Shown piece by piece: positions 38,132 to 52,272 of a stretch of DNA of 64,000 bases. Each line of letters begins with the position of its first letter. Position 1 is the stretch's first letter. The stretch is taken from the NCBI RefSeq assembly GCF_009914755.1, contig NC_060932.1; one strand, 5' to 3'. The position numbers and the translations under genes are program-made. Below the pieces are notes generated by a model. It saw only the letters and a program-made list of their open reading frames with translations. It made no database searches and was not told the DNA's origin. The DNA comes from the human T2T-CHM13v2.0 reference genome, Homo sapiens.

Positions 38132-40267
38132 ATGAACACATCGTATACAATTCCAATGGACCTTATGAAGCCCACTTTTGGATTTCTGGCTTAGTTCTTC
38201 AAGGAGCAGTCTCAGCTCAGAGTATATCCATATTTGTTAACCTTAGAACCCAAGACAGGGAAGCAGTACACAAAAGTAAAAATTGCCCACATTTTCACAC
38301 TTTCCTCCTTGTGGCATTGCTCAGGGGCTTTTCTCCAGGTTTGATTCTTGCTTTGGACTGGCTTCTGAGCTGCTCCAGGATAAATTATCTCTCCTGGTCA
38401 CTGACTACTTGGCTTTCCCTGGTCATAAGATTCATGAGAAACATAAAATAAAGCAATGCTTCATATGACCACAGCATACCAGGCAGTTCCAGAACAATTG
38501 GTGAGCCTGCTTTGCTCATGCTGTCTTCTCAGCCCAAGGAAACAGTAAATCTCAACAATGTGTTCAAGTTAGTACTCAGGTTCCTCTGAGATGATGGCCA
38601 CTGGGGACCCAAACTACCAAATTCTGTGGTTATTATTAGGATATTATACATAACAAAAGCAAAAGTCTACTCATTTAAGATATAAATACTTTATTTGTTA
38701 CTTTCCAAATTGTTCTTATTCCAACTAAGAAGATTGTTTGGAACTACTCAAAATCCTGAGTGCTATTCACATAACTGATAAAAAACCAATGTTGTAAATT
38801 GGCTTTAATGTATATTCCAAAGCCAGTTTGGCAATATATGTCAAAATCCTTAGAAATGTAGGTACCTTTTGACCAAGTAATTTCCCCTTTAAGATTCCAC
38901 TTTAAGGAGATAATATATTGAGCAAAGATTAATTATAAGGATGTGAATCATAGTAGTGCCTATATGAGCAAATAATTGGAAAAAAATGAGTTGTCCAATA
39001 ATTTAAAAATATTAGTTAATTATGCTATGATATAGCTATATTAAATATATACTGCCTTCCATATTTTAAACATAATGATATAGAAAATTTTATAAATGGA
39101 GAAAATATTAACAATATTGATAGCTGAGAATCAGGTTCAGAATCTGTATCTTTGGTAGGATCCTCTTGTGATGCAATCATCTTATTCACATCCATTCTAG
39201 CGCTTCCCCACTGAGGAGCAGCCCTGTGGTTTAGGTAGAATTTTCCCTATTCTCAGCTCTATGAGTCAGCATGGCTGGGTTTTGCCAGTCTTCTGAGTAT
39301 AATAATGCCTAAGTCAATCAGCTCATCCATATTCCCCTGGCTATAGTGGTTGTTTCTCATTTAGCTAAATCCACATGCACATCAAGACTGTTGTGTAGCA
39401 GTTTGAGAGGGGATAATCTCTCTATGTATCTGTTAAAAAAGAAATACATAGTTTGATTACTTTTGGCAACCATCCCACTACCATGGGGAAGATCAGCTTG
39501 AGGTTGAAGAATAGCTGAGAGCCACAGAGAAATGAATCTGGAGACCTCGTCAAAAAGTATCTGAAACCTGGCCCCTCTAGATGTTTTCAGTTGCAGAACC
39601 AATAATTCTTATTTATTAATTATTCTAGCAAGAGTCTTGTTTTCTGTGCTTATAACCTAAAGCATCCTAATTAATATGGAATCTAATTATGTAAAAAATA
39701 TATTCATATATTACAAAGCTACACAATAAAATATCAATAATAATTGTCTCTTGGAGAGGATTACCAGTTATTTTTCCCTCTACTTTGTGATTTTTTTTTG
39801 TAATCCAGATTTTCTATAATGAATATATATTATTTTATTCAGAAAAATCAAATATAATAATAGAGTCAGAATAATAATTGTCATCTAAGCCAAAACCATC
39901 AGACTTTTAATTGTGAATGGTGATAGGCTAAATGAAATGAAGTGAAAGCTAATATATTGTTAGTTTTGTTTGTTTGTTTGTTATTACCTTTCAGAGTCAG
40001 GAATGCAAAGTTCTTAATTCCAAGACTCTTATTTATTTCTGTACATGAGTTTATTTTTAAAAATTTAAAAATCTGATTAGTTCAAGATCCATGGATTTTG
40101 ACATCTGCCTTCCTGACTCAATATTAGGACACCTAAAATTGGTTTTAGGCATGACAGAAGAAACACTGAGCTTGGGATTCCCACTCCAAAATTTCCTGGA
40201 TATTTGACCTCAGGCAATTACTTAAACTTCCTGAACCTTAGTTACTTCAGCCAAGAAATATGGGGTT

Positions 40268-40705
40268 GCAGTTAAGTGAAATAAGCCAAGCACAGAAAGA
40301 CAAATATCACATGTTCTCGCTTATATATGGGAGCTAAAAAAGTGGCTCTCGTGAAGATAAGAGAGTAGATTGGTGGTTACAAGAGACTGAGAAAGGTAGA
40401 GAGGAGGAAGGTATGAAGCAAGGTTGATTAATGGGTACAAATGTATGATTTGAGAGAAGAAAAAGATCTGGTGTTTGATAGATCTGTGAGATGACTATAG
40501 TTTGCAATTATCTATCATATGCTTCAAAATAGCCAGAAAAGAATAATTGAAATGTTCCTAGAATAAAGAAGAGAGAAATATTTAAGGTGATGGACATCTC
40601 AAGTTTACTGATTTGATCTTTAAAAATTATATGAATGTATTAAATTATCACATGTACCCTAAATTAGTTATATTTATTATGCATCAATAAAAATTGTTTT
40701 AAAAA
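40268..40705 (+). mobile_element. L1MA 3' end inserted into a MIR
   Basis: aagtgaaataagccaagcacagaaagacaaata... and a degenerate TSD aagaaatatggggtt (40253-40267) / aagaaaaaaggggtt (40706-40720). Confidence 0.85.
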
Positions 40706-41246
40706 AAGAAAAAAGGGGTTAGACCAAATGTTATCTACCTTTCCATCTGTGAAATTCTATGAATGAATCTAAATCATGCTTTGTATTTGAGCAGAACTGA
40801 TATTCACTGCCTGCTTTGGGAAGCATAAGTAGGTTTCAACTCTTATCATAACATTAATAATTGGTAGCCACTGTCTGCAGAGCGGTGGTAAGAATGTCTC
40901 TGAGAGTACTTACGGACTCAGCAGGAAACAGTGCTATGATCTGTCAATGATGTTGATGTGTATTTGAATCCTCAGTCTGGCTCTTATACACATATCGTAA
41001 TGTACCCTAATTTATTTTATTATTATTTTTTTGTAGCACAGTGTCCACAGTCTTTTTAGAGTGAAATAACTGGGAAGAAATCCCTTCAAAATGTATCTGC
41101 TTCTTTTCTCCTATTCCTTTGATATCTCTTAATAATTGGTGGCATTGACTGAATAAGAGTTTGACTGAATAAAAGTAAAACTTTTAGTAGTTGAAGTTTA
41201 GAAGGAAATTTCTAGCTTGTTTCTAACACTTGATATTTTCTTGTAG

Positions 41247-41276
41247 AAGGAGCTGCAAATGAACACTTCATAGCAA
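41247..41276 (+). other. SLC30A8: Candidate 30-nt alternative (poison) mini-exon
   Basis: tattttcttgtag|AAGGAGCTGCAAATGAACACTTCATAGCAA|gtaagc, followed by a 105-nt intron to exon 2. Confidence 0.7.
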
Positions 41277-41381
41277 GTAAGCAAATGTCCTAATAGCGGT
41301 TCCAAGTATGGGCAGGGTGGGTCAGTGAGTGGCTTGTTTGCAACTATGTTCACTTCTTGCTTCTGTCAAACTCATCCATAG

Positions 41382-41581
41382 TGTGGAACTCCAACAGAAA
41401 CCGGTGAATAAAGATCAGTGTCCCAGAGAGAGACCAGAGGAGCTGGAGTCAGGAGGCATGTACCACTGCCACAGTGGCTCCAAGCCCACAGAAAAGGGGG
41501 CGAATGAGTACGCCTATGCCAAGTGGAAACTCTGTTCTGCTTCAGCAATATGCTTCATTTTCATGATTGCAGAGGTCGTGG
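41382..41581 (+). CDS. SLC30A8: ZnT8 coding exon 2 (200 nt; VELQQKP...HCH...FMIAEVV-G)
   Basis: Acceptor catag| and donor G|gtgagt. Contains Met50 (41458-41460), the His-Cys-His zinc motif (41464-41472) and TM1. Confidence 0.98.
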
Positions 41582-41679
41582 GTGAGTCTTTCTGCAGACT
41601 TTTTTCATTAAACAACCAAACAAAACTCTGCATCATTATGGGAGGGTTACCTAAGTTCTTATAAAGTAAGATTTAATAT

Positions 41680-43760
41680 TTTCTGTAAGTATAAGGTAAC
41701 AATATGCTCATTGTAGATAAGCTGAAAAATAGAAGGAAACAAAATAAAATTCATCACTATTCCATATTTGAGCTATAGCCTTCAATAATTTTAGGGAGTG
41801 TTTTGTACAATGCATTTTGTATTCATAGCTCACAGGTTTTATTTTTTAAACATAACTGAGAGCATACTGAATGCTTTTGACCATACTGTCAAATACTCCT
41901 CAAAAACATTTTTATGCCTGAACAATATTCTCTAATATGCTCCACTGTAATTTACATAACCATTTCTCTATTGTTAGAAATTTAGGGAGTTTTTTCCTGC
42001 TTATGGACAATGCTGCAATGCAAAATCTTGAAGAAAACTCTGCCTGTCTTTCTGGTTAATCCCTTCAAAGAGATTCCTAAAAGTGAAAATAATTGGTTGA
42101 AGGACATGAATATTTGTATTACTTGATTCATATTGCCAGAGTGCTGTTGAGAAAGCTAAACAATTCGTCTCTACCAGCTCTACTTGAGAATGATTCTGAC
42201 TCCAAATCTTAATGACACCTAATTTTAATCTCTAAAATACTTTGCTACTGTATAGATGAATGTTTTATTTTAATATTTATTTCTTTAATTGTTACTATTA
42301 GACTATTTTTGCATGCTTATTAGTGATCTGTATTTCCCTCTGTTAATGCATTTTCTCCTTGTCTCTTAATGTCTGTTACTCATTCGTTTTTTAGAAAATT
42401 TTTAGTTCTCTATATTGATCTCTGGGAGCTCTTTATATATTAGGATGTTAGACCTTTGTTATATTAGTTATAAGTGCTTTTCCAGTTTGTTGTTTAACCT
42501 TTTGATGTTTATTTTGACTTAGAGATGTTTTAAATTTTATATAGGTAACTGTTTTAAACTTTTCATTTTGAGCTCATTTCTTTTACTACTCTCACTATTT
42601 TAGTGCTTAACAATCCTTCTCCATCTACTGAGAAGATAGCTTTTTTGTTGTTTAATTTTTGCATTTGGTTTTAAAATTAATGTTCACATTAGATATATTG
42701 TATGCTCTAAGGACTGAATTTTTTTCTAAATAACAGTTTTCAGCATCATTTAGGAAATAATTATTTTCCCCATTGATTTTTTATATTTCTTTAATCACTT
42801 ATCAAAACTTTATAAATAGCAGGGTCTGTTTCTAAGGTGTTTCACTGATCTGTGTTTCTGGTCTCTGTCAAGGACATAATTAATGTAGATTTATATGTTA
42901 TAATATCTGTTATTTCCTACTCATGATTTTTAATTTAACAAAGAAAAGCAAAGGCTATTCATCTCTGTTTATTATCCTAATTAAACATGAGAATTGTTCT
43001 GTTCAGTTTTCCCTCATCCAATTATGATTTTATTAATATTCAAGTTAATTTGAGAACACAGTATCTTTAAGTATTCAGCTTTCCCTCCAGGAATATGTTA
43101 TGTTTCTCCGTTTATCCAAATATTCTACATGTCTCATCAAGGTTTTATGGTGTTCATCTTAATACATGGACAGCCTATTTCTTGCAAGACTTATTTGTGA
43201 TTATTATATGTGTTTGGCTTATTCTTTCCAAGGGTGAATGCAGTCCACCGTTTTTCATGTTTTGTTTTCTAAATAGTTACTTTTTGTATTCTAAAGTTTT
43301 GATTTTTGTATATTCACTTTGTACTCAATTATATATTTGAATTATTGTCAATTCTAAATATATTTCAGTGCATTTCCCTTTTTCCTGTCTCATGGATCTT
43401 CCTCATCCCAGGACATCACCCTGTCTTGTGCAGAAAACATATTTCCCCTCATTTCAATATTTATATCTCTTTTGTGTGTTTCGTGTTTTTATCACGTTAA
43501 ACAATACCTTATGCTAAATCAAATCTATGTTTGATTATTTAGCTGTTAAGCAAAATGCTTCTTGAAGGGTTAAGTGTTTTGTATTATGTTAATGAAATGT
43601 TTCTTTGTTTCAGTTTTGTAATGATTAACAAAGAATCAAGGATGAGTGTTGACTTTTAAGCAAATACCTTTACTTTTGACTTTGTTTTTTAAAGCTTTTT
43701 GATTCTTGTTTGAGGTGTGTTATGTTAAGAGAAACATGATATGATCTTTGCATTTTTGGC
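41680..43760 (-). mobile_element. Very old antisense L1 (L1MC/L1ME) in intron 2
   Basis: T-rich decayed ORF2 antisense motifs (ggagctctttatatattaggat, cagcatcattt, tgggtgttga-like). Confidence 0.65.
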
Positions 43761-43917
43761 ATTATGATAGTAGCTATTATTTATTTAATGCTTACTATGT
43801 GTTAGAAGCTGTGACGAGTGCTTTCCATGTATTACCTTAATTAATCCCGGTGAATTCCCTAAGAGGTGGCTCTTATTGTTAATCTCACTTTATAGAAGGA
43901 ACTAGAAGCACAAAGGC

Positions 43918-44570
43918 TAAAACACTTTGAATATTAAACACTGAAATAAACGTGAGCTATACACACATCTAAGAAAGATGATAAACACAAGTGAGATAAT
44001 TACGCAATTTTGGGTGAATCAGTGCGTGAGGGTGGTCATAATGGTGGTGGTTACATCAAGGAATAAATGTTTGCAAAGTGAAAATTGTCAGGAGTGCCTC
44101 CTGCTATCACACAGTTCAAACTCAAGAAAAAATGAGCTGGGCTTGCTGAGCACTTTCATACTGTGTCTTTTTATGGGGGGCATCTGTATGATGATCATCT
44201 ACCTTACACATATTTATTTTACAATCGTTTGTTTCCATTCATTCCTTTTTCAGCCCGCTTATTTCAGTTTCATAGCTGGAGTCTGTCCCAGCAGCTCAGG
44301 GTTCAAGGTGGGAAAACAGCCCTCCCATCACAGGGCACAGTCACTCACCCACACTCACTCCCGCCAGGACCATGTAGACACGCCAGTGAACCTCATGTGC
44401 ACAGAATGTGGGAGGAAACCCTAGTACTCAGAGAAAACCCATGCAGACATGGGGAGAACATGCAAACTCCACACAGACAGCAACCCTGGTCAGGAATCCA
44501 TTTTATTTTCTTATCGACATTATAAACAAAGGAAGTTGAATGAAATGATGTTATTTGAGGACGTGTTGTT
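43918..44570 (-). mobile_element. MER6 (TcMar-Tigger) DNA transposon
   Basis: gtgggaggaaacc...agaaaacccatgcagacatggggagaacatgcaaactccacacagacag...gttatttgaggac terminus. Confidence 0.85.
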
Positions 44571-45003
44571 GTACTTGTTAAGTAACAACTCAATGGGGTT
44601 TTGACACAACATATGGTATAGTATAATAGTATTCACAAAATAATTAAAGAAGAATTTAAAAATATGTTAATTAATAGCACACAACTGTAGCCCAGCAATG
44701 GGACACATGGCTAACGTTGTCAGATAAACATTCTTTCATTGCTGTCAGTAAGTCTGTGTTCTCCATGGAAACCCGCATGGGGAATTAACACCATCTCAGT
44801 TGGAGGTGGTTTGTGAGACCCAGGCCCCATCGTTCCTCTGCTCTATTGCTGTCACCTTCACTCCACAGGCCTTAAGTCAAGTCTTCCAGGTCTGAGTCTT
44901 TTCTGTGTGTCTCTTATCTTGTTATAAGTGTACTGCTCTGCACATCTTGTCAAGTATTCCAGAAATATGACTGCTGCTGCCCTAGTTCATGCCTTTATCA
45001 TAA

Positions 45004-45332
<329 letters not shown>

Positions 45333-47371
45333 AGAAGTCTCTCTTAAATACAGATCTCAACATGCCACAGCCTTGCCTCAAAAATAATAAGTAGATCTCC
45401 TTAGCCATAGAATCACATTCAAACCCTTTGGCTTGACATATAATACCCCACACAGGCGTTTCCAACCTGCCTTCCCAGGCTCATTTCCCATTTTTCCTCC
45501 AACATTCCATACCTTCTGCTTTTCCCGAAAAGTTCTATGTTCTTTCACTCTATTTTAGTCCGTGCTTTTATCTCTTCCTGAAAACCCCTTCTCTTTTTGC
45601 TAATTCTTACCCCTCTCTTTGTGAAAAGTTCCTCACTCTTCCCAGTGAGGGCAGCTCTCTGATCCCTTAGCCCATTAACTTGTCTCTGGTACAGTGAGTG
45701 TTAAACAAGGAGATCACTGAAGAGAGGCTGTTATTTGTTTATCTTTGTATACCCAATCCCTGGTACCATGCACAGTAAGGGCTCAATAAATATTGGCTGG
45801 ATAATTGAATTAATTGTCAGTAATACTCCATGCTTTCAGAAGCAAATGCAAGATCAGTCACAAACTACCTCTTGCAAGCAGTTTGCTCTATGCATCAGTG
45901 ACTGCCCGCAGTTTTCTGGATGGCTCTTATAAGTAGCTCTGAAGGTTGCAAAATGGTTCTCAGTTTCCAAGCCTCCATAGTAACATGCTTATTCCAAAGC
46001 AAGCCCTTTTTCTTTCTCAGGTGCCTCCTGCCTCAGCTGAGACTGTTGAAGAGAGTTTATAAAACTGACTTCATTTCCTTGATTTAGACTATATTTCAGC
46101 CCAGCACATAGAATCGTCATCACTCATTGCTGTGATTGCAGCGTACTGCTTATCTGCATGGAGTTATTCTCTGGGCAAGAAATAATGCCTTATTAACACA
46201 GTTTTATCATCAGGACCAAGTTTGGCAGATAGAGCAACATTAGAGGATAATTGGAAGGACAGCTGATTTGTTAGCAAAATGTTGCTTTTTGGGTAATGAA
46301 TCATTCTGATTTTTGCAGTGACTGTTCAGTAACAAGCTTGAAGATTACTTTGCTTCAGCCCATTAAACCTTGACAAACCAGTTATTAACTACGGCTAGAG
46401 CCAATGGCCTGTGGGGATTATTGCAATTATGAGCCATCTATGTAATTTTTAAAAATTAGGCGAGACAAGGTGAGTCTGATGATGGCGGGGCTGATGGCTG
46501 ACAGTCTCTGCTATTTTGTAGTACACAAGGCAATAAACAGCTGTAGGGAGAACTAATCAGTCAGCAAAAGCCCTTTGCTGGGAAGATGTAGTAAGAGCAA
46601 TAAAGGTTATTGCTCTCAAACAACAAACCATGTCTGGGAAGGAAAGGGCAAGGTTTTTCTTTAACTTCTATTTTGGAGGCTGGAGGTCTTTTCTCAAAGG
46701 AGGATTAGAGGGAAGTAGAGGGAGCACATCAAATAAAGGGAAAAGCCAGGCAGGACTCTCATGGCTTACATTGCATCCCTATGCTTTATTGGATTGTAGC
46801 ACTGAGGACGCCCATTGGAAGGTACCTGCCCTTTCTCCTTTCTGCTCCCTGTTATTTCTTACAGGGATTTCAAGCTCAGGTGGATAATATATATTAATAG
46901 AGAAAAAGGAAAGGGTAAAGATGCTGATTAAATTATAAGTCAAATAAAAACACATCTGTGGGCCAGATCGCAACATCTAGTTTATAAACAAAAGTCCATG
47001 TCCTCAGTCTGGATTATGAGACTCTTTGAATCTGACCCGCACTGCTTCAGCCTGATTCTCTTGTATTCTCCTCTTTTGAATCCTTATACCCAGTCTAATT
47101 AAGGTGTTCTCCAGATGTGCCTGCCCCACACTTTCTAGTCTCTATGTCTTTTCTACCCCAGGAATGGCTTCTCCTTTGAAATTGATTTCTACATGTTCAA
47201 ATCATATCCCCTCTCTGAGTCGCAGAAGGGGTGAATTAAATCAACTTTAAGATCTCTTTTTCCTCTAAAGTTTTGTGAGTCTGTGGCATTTTCACCCATG
47301 ATGGTTAGCATGTCTGTGAATCTAGCTGCATTCTGGGACCTTAACACAGTGTACTATTTTGCATTCTCTAG

Positions 47372-47518
47372 GTGGGCACATTGCTGGGAGTCTTGCTGTT
47401 GTCACAGATGCTGCCCACCTCTTAATTGACCTGACCAGTTTCCTGCTCAGTCTCTTCTCCCTGTGGTTGTCATCGAAGCCTCCCTCTAAGCGGCTGACAT
47501 TTGGATGGCACCGAGCAG
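47372..47518 (+). CDS. SLC30A8: ZnT8 coding exon 3 (147 nt; [19 protein letters not shown]...FGWHRA-E)
   Basis: Acceptor tctctag| and donor AG|gtacgg. H106 at 47416, D110 at 47428, Arg138 CGA at 47512-47514. Confidence 0.98.
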
Positions 47519-48149
47519 GTACGGTTCATAGAGTGAGCAATAACAGCAGGCTGGTGCTGCAAAGTCAAACCAAGGGTAAAAGTGGAAGACACGAAGCAAA
47601 GCCTTGTTGGAAAGTCCTTAGAGACACATTTCTGATGCACAGGATAAAACAAATGTGTATGTGGGAATGTGTGTTTTCAATATTAATTCAGATAACAGAC
47701 AGATTAATGGTGCTATCTCTAGTCCTCTGGGACAACAGGAACACGTGTATCACTTCAGCAACTGCCCCAGCCTCAGGGACTCTGTGTATGGTGACAGACA
47801 TAACGCAATTCATTAAATTACTCTGCATCCCTGGAAGAGAGGATAGGAGTAAAGCTTCTGCCATATTGCAAAATGAGGCACAGAGCACCCAAGAGAGTTA
47901 TAGAGATTGAAGAACTTCTTATAGAGGATTCAGGAATAGAATATAGGCTTTCCTGCTCACACACAGCATTTAGCCATTCAGCCATTGGTCCAATTGAATA
48001 TCTTGCTCGCTCAATCAACAATAATGCAAAAAAGGAGGAGGAGAAGGAAGAGGAGAAGATGAAAGTTTACTTTTTCTCCTTTCTTGCGCTGGTTCCTTCA
48101 CTGAATAACTGCTTACTCTTGTATAGGCAGTAGCCAAGGTCATGATAAG

Positions 48150-48151
<2 letters not shown>

Positions 48152-48183
<32 letters not shown>
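48152..48183 (+). repeat. (GT)16 microsatellite
   Basis: Direct reading. Confidence 0.95.
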
Positions 48184-48185
<2 letters not shown>

Positions 48186-48502
48186 TCATTCTTTATTGCT
48201 CAGTTGACTGTTGTAACAGGAGGAAAGCAAACACGTGCTGAAACATGTGCCTGAGCCTTGCCTGCCATTTATTAAATGTGGTTCACGTGTGCTTCCTTAA
48301 ATAATTTCACAATAGACAAATGAATCCACTCTGATTAAGAAAGGGAGAGAAGAAGTCTAGTGCAAATTCCAGCCTTCTCAACTCATAATTATAGGGATTT
48401 CAAATAACATGTATGCACTAAAACAGACATAAATAACTTAACCAAGTAGCATAAACAACTTGGAGGTCTCTAAATTTGGTATATAACACATTTGACTGTA
48501 TG

Positions 48503-48629
48503 CTTTTTTAAATTTTAATTTTAATTTTAATAAGTTCTGGGGTACATGTGCAGGATGTGTAGGTTTGTTACATAGGTCAACGTGTGCCGTCATGGTTTGC
48601 TGCACCTATCAACCCATCATCTAGGTATT
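48503..48629 (-). mobile_element. Short L1PA 3'-end fragment
   Basis: agttctgggggtacatgtgcaggatgtg-like...ggtttgctgcacctatcaacccatcatctaggtatt. Confidence 0.85.
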
Positions 48630-49937
48630 GATAAGGGTTTTTACTTTGACTCATTTTTACAGTCCCTCCCTAACCCACCCCCACAACCCCCACACTCTGC
48701 AACTTCAATTCTTCTCCTCTGTGTTATTCCTTCTATCAGCTGGAGGAGGTTCCGGCTGAATATTTTGTGCAAATCATGTGAACAAATAGCCACAATTCCA
48801 CATTTTCACACTGGTTGAGAACATCCATGTAGAGGAAATTGGAGAGCTGAGCAAGGGTGGCCAGCCTTCACTGAAAGGGCTGCTAGACACATATCACAGC
48901 TTATAGACTGATAACTGTGGACTGCGGCTTTTCAAGTTTAGAATGGCAGGAAGTCCTAATTTCATACTAAACAAACACTTGATCATCGCAGGTGTTTTGA
49001 CTTGCTTCCCTTTAACATTCAGGAGATGAGGCAATAAACAGCAGTAAAGAGAGTTTGTGACAACGTGATCTGAGAATGTTTTTGCTGGTGCTTGAACAGC
49101 GCTACACTTGGAAAACATGGACCTGTAGCTAAGCACCCATTATTTGTCTGTGTAAAGTTTTACATGTACTTGACCCTTTCTGATACCATTTGTCAAAGCA
49201 GTTTTGTAAACCTAGGATGATTTGAAAATGTAGGGTGAACTCAGAATTTAGATCTCTGCTTGTACTTTGGCATCGTGGCCATGGAAGACCCTGAGCTATT
49301 AATAGAACTCTCTGCTGCGAGGGCAATATTCTGTAATATACAGTAAAATGTAGCTATTGAGCACTTTAAATGCAGCTAGTGCTACTGAAGAACCAGATTT
49401 TAAAATTTACTTAATTTCATTTTAAGCAGCCATGCATGATTGGTGGCTACCATATTAAACAGCACCTCTATAGATACAGAGGTGAGTCCAACACATTCAT
49501 ACGCAACACACCCATAATCTGGCCAGCCCAATGAGCCCAGCTAAGCTAACTTATTTCTTTTTTAAGCAATCATTGTAACATTTACCAATGATCCTCATGT
49601 GCCTCCTGTTCTAACTAGTTACTTTTGGATTTCTGACTCTTTGTTTTGTCTTAAGATCTGACTCCTGACTCTTGCTCTTGGTATTGAGCTTTACCTCGCC
49701 AGCTCTTTTCCCACTGTGCTTCCTAATCATGGGTTTTGAGTTAGACACACTCCACTTTCATACCCTGTTTTGGATTTTCATGGATAGGAAGCACACTACC
49801 TGACATCCACAGACTCAACCTCCATTTCCGGCTAACCAGAAATTCTTGGGCTTGGTCCTCATAAACTTCTGCAAAGGGGAGTCGTAAGTAGCCTGAGTAG
49901 ACTAATAAAATAACAATTTCTTGAGTGTTTGCTATAT

Positions 49938-50825
<888 letters not shown>

Positions 50826-52118
50826 TATGGCAACTTGTTTTACATATATTCTATTATTATAATACATATAGATAAGAAAATTCAGGCTCAAATAGGTTAA
50901 GTGACTTGTCTAAAGTCACATAGCCAGTCACTGGCAGGCCATATACGTCTGACACTTGAGCTCATGCCTTAAACATCTGCATCAGCATTTCCCATAGTGT
51001 GAGAAATGTTCCACAGTTGGTTAGTCAGATAATTTTAAGTGTCATATGGACAATAATTACACATCCTGATGCACATTACAAAATAAACTAGCACATCAAA
51101 TATGTAATTTCATGGATAACATTGTTTAGGAAGAAGCTAAGTGTAAAAAGTGAATTTATTTGAAAAAATATCGAGTGGTTAATAAGACAGGTAGCATGTG
51201 GATTTGGAAAACGTTATGAAGGTTGTCTGTAAATGACTAAAGTCTGGGAAATAATTGCCACACAATGGGTAATAATATATTACATTACTCTGCTTTAAAA
51301 GGAACTAATCTCTGGGATTAGCTTAAAGTGGGGAAGGACTAAATGATGGATTGTACCTGACCACTGACTCACAGAATGTTTCTAGACCTTTCTGGGTTTT
51401 TAGAATCTATGGGTTTGAATTAAAGGTCAGAGTGAGGTGTTAACTCCTAAGTGAGCAAATGCACTTTTCTCAGTGGGCAGATTGAACACCATTTTATCTT
51501 TACATATTGATGTAAACACTTCTATTCTGATGCTTCTTTTTCGTACTGTTGCTCTTAAAATGCAGTCAGAGTGTTAGTCAGCCTCTGAGCTCACCTCTGT
51601 GTTTATAATATGTTGCGTTGGCAAATAAAACTCATTTTCTTCAAGTGCTCTCTGAAGCTTTCCCTTTTCACTATTTTATTCCATTGAAGGTGCTGGCACT
51701 GGCAGGTCGTAAATTTTTTATGGCAAAATTAAGAGTTTCTAAACACATTTTACTCTCTGTGTCTCATTATTTTACCTCCTAATAAGTTTCAATCATTTTA
51801 GCACCTGTTTAAATTAAGATCCCCAAGGAAAACAGGGGGTAGGGGCAGGCAGCAATTAATATGTTCTAAAAATTTGCTGAAAAATTACTTAGTAAGATGG
51901 AACATAGTGACTCAGATGCTGGTGTTTTATGAATGCAACATTAAAATACTTTCTCTTAGTTTTAAAATCCATCCACACTTTTACTTTGTGAATCACTGGA
52001 TGAACTAATGTGAAGCCTTTTTGGGGGAAGTGGCAAAGTGTCTTATGACTCTTGGGGGTGTAGGTGTAGGTGATGGAGTTATCTGTGTGTGGGTTTCTGT
52101 GTGTGTTTGAATTCCTAG

Positions 52119-52272
52119 AGATCCTTGGTGCCCTGCTCTCCATCCTGTGCATCTGGGTGGTGACTGGCGTGCTAGTGTACCTGGCATGTGAGCGCCTGCT
52201 GTATCCTGATTACCAGATCCAGGCGACTGTGATGATCATCGTTTCCAGCTGCGCAGTGGCGGCCAACATTGT
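52119..52272 (+). CDS. SLC30A8: ZnT8 coding exon 4 (154 nt; [12 protein letters not shown]...AVAANI-V)
   Basis: Acceptor ttcctag| and donor GT|gtaagt. Encodes the TM3-TM4 hydrophobic segments. Confidence 0.97.

Noticed and set aside
47359-47910. 183-aa ORF, the longest in the track
   Set aside because: It is exon 3 plus read-through into intron 3. Only 47372-47518 matches ZnT8.
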